Below, piece after piece: positions 57,943 through 64,000 of a DNA stretch of 64,000 bases. The translations under genes and the position numbers were made by a program. The notes below the pieces were generated by a model, which was given only the letters and a program-made list of their open reading frames with translations, had not been told where the DNA came from and searched no databases. Numbering within the stretch: position 1 is the stretch's first letter; each line of letters begins with the position of its first letter. The stretch comes from Alphaproteobacteria bacterium (GTDB lineage Bacteria; Pseudomonadota; Alphaproteobacteria; UBA8366; CAVOAK01): the NCBI GenBank assembly GCA_963664465.2, contig CAXXSU010000009.1:2017-66016 (forward strand), in the 5' to 3' direction.

Positions 57943-59373
57943 ATGCTCAAGTTCGTTTCGATCGAGACCCGCATGCCCAAAAAGCGTCCTGCGGCACGAC
58001 GGCGTCGTGATTTCGAAGAAATTTATCATGGCTTCGCACCCGCTGGAGCGGCAGAACAGGCAAGCCGGTGTTCGCAGTGCGGCATCCCGTTCTGCCAAGT
58101 GCATTGTCCGCTCAGCAATAATATTCCTGATTGGTTGCAGTTGACGGCCGAAGGCCGGCTCGAAGAGGCATATGAACTCGCATCGGCGACCAACAGCCTG
58201 CCGGAAATCTGCGGGCGAATTTGTCCGCATGACCGCCTCTGTGAAGGGAACTGCGTGATCGAGCAGTCGGGCCACGGCACTGTGACGATCGGCTCCGTGG
58301 AGACATTCATAACTGAGACGGCCTGGGATAACGGGTGGGTCAAGGCGCCAGCTCCGACGCGCGAGCGCCAGGAATCCGTCGGCATCATTGGAGCCGGGCC
58401 TGCGGGAATGACGGCCGCCGAGCTGCTACGCGGCAGAGGATATCGAGTGCAGGTTTACGATCGCTATGATCGGGTCGGCGGTTTGTTGATTTATGGCATT
58501 CCGAATTTCAAGCTCGAAAAACATTTGGTAATGCGGCGAGCCAACCTGCTGGAAGAAGGGAAAGTTGAATTTTCGCTCGAGTTCGAAATAGGCCGCGATG
58601 CGAGCTTCGCCGAACTGCGTTCCCGGCACGACGTGCTTCTCGTAGCATCGGGCGCCTATCTGCCAAGACGGATAGCGGTGCCAGGAGTCGGTTTGGGTGG
58701 CATCGTGGAATCCCTTGATTATCTCATCGCAAGCAATCGCCGCAGCCTCGGCGACGACGTTTCTGACGATGACCTCGATGCCAAGGGGCGGCAAGTCGTT
58801 GTCATTGGCGGCGGCGACACGGCAATGGACTGCGTGCGAACTGCCGTGCGCCAAGGGGCGACTTCGGTCAAGTGCCTGTACCGTCGCGACCGTGAAAACA
58901 TGCCGGGCTCGAGACGCGAGGTTTCACATGCGGAAGAAGAAGGGGTCGAGTTCATCTGGCTGTCGGCTCCGCAAGCCTTTCTGGGCGACGACGAAGCCGT
59001 AGCGGTCCAAGGTGTCAGAACTCAACGTATGCATTTGGGTGAACCAGACGCCACCGGCCGCCAAGTGCCGCAGCCAATCGACGATTCGAGTTACATCATC
59101 GATGCTGACCTAGTGATTAAGGCGGTTGGATTCGATCCCGAAGATCTCCCTAACCTGTGGGGCGAGCCATCCCTACCAGTCTCGCGCTGGGGAACATTAC
59201 GCGTGGATCACCGGACAATGATGACTGAATTGGACGGTGTGTTTGCGGCTGGCGACATCGTTCGCGGCGCATCACTGGTCGTTTGGGCAATTCACGATGG
59301 GCGCGAGGCCGCGAAGGGCATTCATGGCTACCTATCCGAGCGAGCGGGAGTCGCCGCGGCGGCCGCCGAGTAG
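57943..59373 (+). CDS. gltD: glutamate synthase small subunit
   Basis: RCSQCGIPFCQVHCPLSNNIPDW...GIIGAGPAGM...VIGGGDTAMD. The start is uncertain (57907 or 57943). Confidence 0.95.
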   Translation: MLKFVSIETRMPKKRPAARRRRDFEEIYHGFAPAGAAEQASRCSQCGIPFCQVHCPLSNNIPDWLQLTAEGRLEEAYELASATNSLPEICGRICPHDRLCEGNCVIEQSGHGTVTIGSVETFITETAWDNGWVKAPAPTRERQESVGIIGAGPAGMTAAELLRGRGYRVQVYDRYDRVGGLLIYGIPNFKLEKHLVMRRANLLEEGKVEFSLEFEIGRDASFAELRSRHDVLLVASGAYLPRRIAVPGVGLGGIVESLDYLIASNRRSLGDDVSDDDLDAKGRQVVVIGGGDTAMDCVRTAVRQGATSVKCLYRRDRENMPGSRREVSHAEEEGVEFIWLSAPQAFLGDDEAVAVQGVRTQRMHLGEPDATGRQVPQPIDDSSYIIDADLVIKAVGFDPEDLPNLWGEPSLPVSRWGTLRVDHRTMMTELDGVFAAGDIVRGASLVVWAIHDGREAAKGIHGYLSERAGVAAAAAE

Positions 59374-59394
59374 GTGCCTGGGAGATCCAGTGTC

Positions 59395-62300
59395 ATGAAT
59401 GACTTTGTTAAAGAATGGCGGCAGAACGCCGCATATTTGCGCGCGAACCACGTCTACGACGACGCCTATGAGCATGACTCCTGCGGCGTGGGAATGATCG
59501 CGGCGATTGACGGCAAACCGCGCAGACAGGTGGTGGAAGCCGGCATCGAAGCTCTGAAGTCTGTATGGCATCGTGGTGCTGTCGACGCTGACGGCAAGAC
59601 CGGTGACGGTGCCGGTATTCACGTGCAGATACCGCAGGATTTTTTCAAGGAGCATGTGCGCCGCACTGGCCACGAAGTCGGCCGCGGTCGCTTAGCGGTT
59701 GGCATGGTATTCCTGCCCCGGACCGAGCTTGCCGCTCAGGAACGCTGCCGCGCGATCGTCGAGAGTGAAATTCTTCGCCTCGGCCACACGATCTATGGCT
59801 GGCGTCAGGTTCCGGTAAACGTCGAGGTAATCGGCGAAAAGGCTAACGCGACGCGACCTGAGATCGAGCAGATAATGATCGAGAACGCGCGCGATGTAAG
59901 GGATCGACAGTTCGAAATCGACCTGTTCGCCATTCGCCGCCGTATCGAAAAGGCAGTCTTGGCGGAAAACATCAACGACTTTTACATCTGCTCTCTCAGT
60001 TGCCGCTCGGTGATTTACAAAGGCATGTTCTTGGCAGAGCAATTGTCGGCCTTCTACCCGGACCTGCTCGACGATCGTTTCGTCTCAAATTTCGCCATCT
60101 ATCATCAACGCTATTCGACCAATACATTCCCGACATGGCGGCTCGCTCAGCCGTTTCGCGTGATCGCGCACAATGGCGAGATCAACACCCTGCTCGGCAA
60201 CATCAATTGGATGAAGAGTCATGAAACGCGAATGGACGATGCAGTGCTGCGCGGTTACATGGACGACATCAAACCGGTGGTTCAAGGCGGAAGCTCTGAT
60301 TCAGCGGCGCTCGATGCGGTCTTTGAGCTCCTGCTTCGCGGTCAGCGTGGATTGCCGGAAACGAAGCTCCTTCTGATCCCGGAGGCATGGGAGAAAGTTG
60401 ACCTGCTGCCACCGGCCCACCGCGATTTTTATGCCTACGCCAATTCGGTTATGGAGCCGTGGGACGGACCAGCAGCAATTTGTGCCTTTGGCGGACGCTG
60501 GGCGCTGGCTGGCATGGATCGCAATGGCTTGCGGCCAATGCGATACGCCATTACGGGAGATGGTCTGTTAGTGGTCGGGTCGGAAACCGGAATGGTTCGC
60601 GTCGACGAACGCGAGGTGGTCGAAAAGGGTCGCGTGGGGCCGGGACAGATGATTGCCGTCGATTTGGTTGACGGCAAACTGCTTCATGATCGTGAACTCA
60701 AGGATCAGGTCGCCGGATCGCGTCCCTACGGTGAATGGACCGGCAAAATTGCCCGGCTCGACGATCTAATTCGCTCGGGACCGGGAGAGAAAGGGACGTT
60801 CTCGAAGCAAGAGCTCAGACAGCGCCAAATGGTCGTCGGATGGACGCTCGAAGATCTCGAGTTGATCCTCCAGCCGATGGTGGAGGAGGCAAAAGAGGCG
60901 GTCGGATCCATGGGGGATGATACACCGATGGCGGTTCTCTCAGACCGCTATCGTGGGCTCCATCACTTCTTCCGCCAAAACTTTAGCCAGGTCACGAATC
61001 CGCCGATCGATTCGCTGCGCGAAAAGCGAGTAATGAGCCTCGTCACACGGCTCGGCAACCTCGGCAACATCATGGAGGAGGACGAAAGTCAGCTTGAGAT
61101 TCTGCAACTCGACTCGCCGGTACTTTTGAACGGTGAGTTCGACGCACTGCGCCGCTATATGGGTGAGACGGTGGTCGAGATCGACTGTACATTTTGCCCC
61201 GACGATAGCGAGAACGCGTTGCGTGATGCAATCTACCGCGTCCAGACCGGCGCCGAAGACGCGGTAAGAGAAGGCTGTACGCATCTCATTCTGCACGATC
61301 TCCTTACCGATGCCGACAGGGCGCCGGTACCGATGATCCTCGCCACTGCCGCCGTTCATACCCATCTCGTGCAATCGCAGTTGCGCACGTTCACTTCACT
61401 CAACGTGCGCTCGGCAGAATGCTTCGATGTTCACTATTTTGCGGTTCTGATCGGTGTCGGCGCGACGACCGTTAACGGCTACGTGGCGCAAGAGTCGATC
61501 GCCGACCGGCATGCGCGTGGTTTGTATTCCGGTCTGTCGCTGGACGAGGCGCTGCACCGTTACAAGACGGCGGTCGATGACGGTCTGCTGAAGATCATGT
61601 CAAAAATGGGCATATCGGTCGTTAGCTCCTATCGCGGCGGGTACAATTTTGAGGCCGTAGGCCTTTCTCGGGCACTCACCTCCGAGTTCATGCCTGGTCT
61701 ACCAAGCCGCATATCCGGCATCGGATTGTCGGGCATTGAACGCAAGGTGATCGAGCAACATGCGCGCGCCTATGACGAGGACGTCATCACGCTTCCGATC
61801 GGCGGCTTCTACCGCTACCGCCGCGGCGGCGAGGCGCACAACTGGGAAGCCGGCTTGATCCATACCCTGCAGGCCGCCGTCTCAACGGATTCATACACAA
61901 CGTTCCGCAAGTACTCTGAGACGCTGCGGTCGTTGCCGCCAATAAACTTGCGCGACCTGTTGGACTTTGAACCCAAAGAAGCGCCGGTCAATCCCGACGA
62001 CGTCGAATCGATCACTGAAATTCGAAAACGCTTTGTAACGGGCGCGATGAGCCACGGAGCCCTGTCACGTGAGGCGCATGAAACCTTGGCGATTGCCATG
62101 AACCGGATTGGCGCCCAATCGGACTGCGGCGAGGGTGGTGAGGCGCGCGAGCGCTTCAAGCCGCGCGCCAATGGCGACAATGCCAACTCTTCGATCAAAC
62201 AAATTGCTTCGGGTCGGTTTGGCGTCACGGCGGAATATCTTACGAACTGCCGCGAGATCGAAATCAAGATCGCGCAGGGGTCAAAGCCCGGAGAGGGTGG

Positions 62301-63933
62301 CCAGCTTCCAGGTTTCAAAGTAACCGCGGAGATCGCCGGTCTGCGGCACTCGACAGAGGGCGTGATGTTGATTTCGCCGCCGCCTCATCATGACATTTAC
62401 TCGATCGAGGATCTTGCGCAATTGATCTACGATCTGAAGCAGATCAATCCCGAGGCCCGAGTCTGCGTGAAGCTGGTTGCACGGACCGGGATCGGAACGA
62501 TCGCATCCGGTGTTGCCAAGGCGCAAGCCGACGTGATCATGATTTCCGGCTACTCGGGCGGTACCGGGGCCAGTCCGCAGACTTCGATAAAATATGCGGG
62601 TATTCCCTGGGAAATCGGGCTCTCGGAAGTCCATCAAGTTCTCACCCTGAACCGCCTGCGCCATACTGTGCGGTTGCGCGTTGACGGTGGCATCAAGACG
62701 GGCCGCGACGTCGTCATCGCGGCTCTATTAGGTGCTGAAGAATTCGGCGTTGGCACCGCTTCGCTGATCGCGATGGGCTGCATAATGGTTCGCCAATGCC
62801 ACTCCAATACGTGCCCCGTCGGTGTTTGTACCCAAGACGAGGCGCTCCGCGAAATGTTCTCGGGATCGCCAGAAAAGGTCGTGAACTTGTTCAGTTTCAT
62901 GGCCGAAGAGGTGCGTGAGATTCTGGCCGAATTGGGCGTTCGCTCACTCAATGAAATCATTGGCCGGACGGAAATCCTGGGTCAGGTGAGTCGCGGTTCA
63001 GCCCATCTTGACGACCTTGACCTGAATCCGCTTCTTGCACAGGCGGACTCCGGCGGATTTCCTCGCTACTGCACGATAGAGGGTCGAAACGAGGTGCCGG
63101 AGTCGCTGGACGCGTTGATGATCGAGGACGCAAGCGCGCTCTTTTCCGACGGCGAAAAGATGCAGCTGCAATACAATATCCGCAATACGCAGCGAGCCAT
63201 TGGCGCCAAGCTGTCGGCGCTGATAACCCGACGCTTTGGTATGCACGGATTAACGCCGGATCATGTCACCGTCCGTTTGCGTGGGTCCGCAGGCCAATCG
63301 CTTGGAGCGTTCGCGGTCCAGGGACTCAAACTCGAAGTCCTTGGCGACGCCAACGACTATGTCGGCAAAGGCTTGTCGGGTGCGACGATTGTCGTGCGGC
63401 CACTCACTTCGTCCCGCCTGGTCTCCAATGAGAATGTCATCCTGGGCAACACGGTTCTCTACGGTGCAACTGCAGGTAAACTCTTTGCCGCAGGCCAAGT
63501 TGGCGAACGCTTTTCCGTGCGCAACTCCGGGGCAGACGCGGTGGTAGAAGGCTGTGGTTCAAACGGGTGCGAATACATGACCGGCGGCACCGCCGTGATC
63601 TTGGGTGCGGTCGGCGATAATTTTGCTGCCGGTATGACTGGCGGCATGGCATTTGTTTATGATTCGGATGGCGACTTTGAACGCAAGTTGAACCGCGAAT
63701 CCGTGATTTGCCAGCGCATCGAGACTTATTACTGGGAGGTGCGGTGCCGCGAATTGATTGCAGAACATGCCCGTGAAACTCAGTCGGGCTGGGCTCAACG
63801 CCTGGTCACCGACTGGGATTTTGAGCTGGCCAATTTTTGGCAGGTCATACCAAAAGAAATGGTGGGCCGGCTTGAGCACTCAGCGACTCTTGCCGATGCC
63901 GATGCCGATGCCGGGGCGGAGCAGCGGGCGTAG
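59395..63933 (+). CDS. gltB: glutamate synthase large subunit
   Basis: About 1512 aa with EHDSCGVGMIA (amidotransferase Cys1), FMN and 3Fe-4S regions (CHSNTCPVGV) and the GXGXG C-terminal beta-helix. Confidence 0.97.
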   Translation: MNDFVKEWRQNAAYLRANHVYDDAYEHDSCGVGMIAAIDGKPRRQVVEAGIEALKSVWHRGAVDADGKTGDGAGIHVQIPQDFFKEHVRRTGHEVGRGRLAVGMVFLPRTELAAQERCRAIVESEILRLGHTIYGWRQVPVNVEVIGEKANATRPEIEQIMIENARDVRDRQFEIDLFAIRRRIEKAVLAENINDFYICSLSCRSVIYKGMFLAEQLSAFYPDLLDDRFVSNFAIYHQRYSTNTFPTWRLAQPFRVIAHNGEINTLLGNINWMKSHETRMDDAVLRGYMDDIKPVVQGGSSDSAALDAVFELLLRGQRGLPETKLLLIPEAWEKVDLLPPAHRDFYAYANSVMEPWDGPAAICAFGGRWALAGMDRNGLRPMRYAITGDGLLVVGSETGMVRVDEREVVEKGRVGPGQMIAVDLVDGKLLHDRELKDQVAGSRPYGEWTGKIARLDDLIRSGPGEKGTFSKQELRQRQMVVGWTLEDLELILQPMVEEAKEAVGSMGDDTPMAVLSDRYRGLHHFFRQNFSQVTNPPIDSLREKRVMSLVTRLGNLGNIMEEDESQLEILQLDSPVLLNGEFDALRRYMGETVVEIDCTFCPDDSENALRDAIYRVQTGAEDAVREGCTHLILHDLLTDADRAPVPMILATAAVHTHLVQSQLRTFTSLNVRSAECFDVHYFAVLIGVGATTVNGYVAQESIADRHARGLYSGLSLDEALHRYKTAVDDGLLKIMSKMGISVVSSYRGGYNFEAVGLSRALTSEFMPGLPSRISGIGLSGIERKVIEQHARAYDEDVITLPIGGFYRYRRGGEAHNWEAGLIHTLQAAVSTDSYTTFRKYSETLRSLPPINLRDLLDFEPKEAPVNPDDVESITEIRKRFVTGAMSHGALSREAHETLAIAMNRIGAQSDCGEGGEARERFKPRANGDNANSSIKQIASGRFGVTAEYLTNCREIEIKIAQGSKPGEGGQLPGFKVTAEIAGLRHSTEGVMLISPPPHHDIYSIEDLAQLIYDLKQINPEARVCVKLVARTGIGTIASGVAKAQADVIMISGYSGGTGASPQTSIKYAGIPWEIGLSEVHQVLTLNRLRHTVRLRVDGGIKTGRDVVIAALLGAEEFGVGTASLIAMGCIMVRQCHSNTCPVGVCTQDEALREMFSGSPEKVVNLFSFMAEEVREILAELGVRSLNEIIGRTEILGQVSRGSAHLDDLDLNPLLAQADSGGFPRYCTIEGRNEVPESLDALMIEDASALFSDGEKMQLQYNIRNTQRAIGAKLSALITRRFGMHGLTPDHVTVRLRGSAGQSLGAFAVQGLKLEVLGDANDYVGKGLSGATIVVRPLTSSRLVSNENVILGNTVLYGATAGKLFAAGQVGERFSVRNSGADAVVEGCGSNGCEYMTGGTAVILGAVGDNFAAGMTGGMAFVYDSDGDFERKLNRESVICQRIETYYWEVRCRELIAEHARETQSGWAQRLVTDWDFELANFWQVIPKEMVGRLEHSATLADADADAGAEQRA

Positions 63934-64000
63934 CCGCGACGCAACTTCAGTCGAAGTGCAGCGGCGCCAATCGAAACCAAATCAATCTCGTAGTCTGGGT

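Noticed and set aside
57907-63933. gltD placed before gltB
   Set aside because: The order differs from the E. coli gltBD order. However, gltD-gltB is known from other alphaproteobacteria such as Azospirillum, so it is not anomalous.

Overview
This is a 64-kb chromosomal segment of a moderately GC-rich alphaproteobacterium. The taxon is inferred only from gene content and synteny: chvI-chvG, addB-addA, aroA-cmk-rpsA-ihfB-lapA, pyrF-trpFBA-accD-folC, kpsF-lptCAB-rpoN-hpf-ptsN, hsp20-DUF1150, a TIGR02300 zinc-ribbon gene and gltD-gltB. From about 16 kb to 64 kb the content is ordinary housekeeping. It includes 3 tRNAs (Arg-CCG, Ala-GGC, Leu-CAG) and no rRNA, CRISPR array, prophage or integrase. 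The first ~15.5 kb is accessory-like and visibly decaying. A complete IS1595-family element (8-bp target duplication) and a complete IS3-family element (3-bp duplication) each sit in the first codons of one of two divergently transcribed genes. A 19-bp direct repeat of the tRNA-Arg 3' end brackets a 2.1-kb islet with no integrase. A 107-bp solo IS3 end lies at 44.2 kb next to tRNA-Ala. Several genes are broken as assembled: a caspase-fold protease, a VOC gene, an O-methyltransferase, polA, an Asp/Glu-racemase-like gene and a cbtA-like gene. The most interesting locus is at 13.1-15.7 kb. It holds a three-ORF (split-beta) cobalt-type nitrile-hydratase-like enzyme with no activator gene. Next to it is a cobalamin riboswitch driving a truncated, frameshifted CbtA-like cobalt-transporter remnant. 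All calls come from reading the ORF translations and the sequence by eye. No database search was possible.
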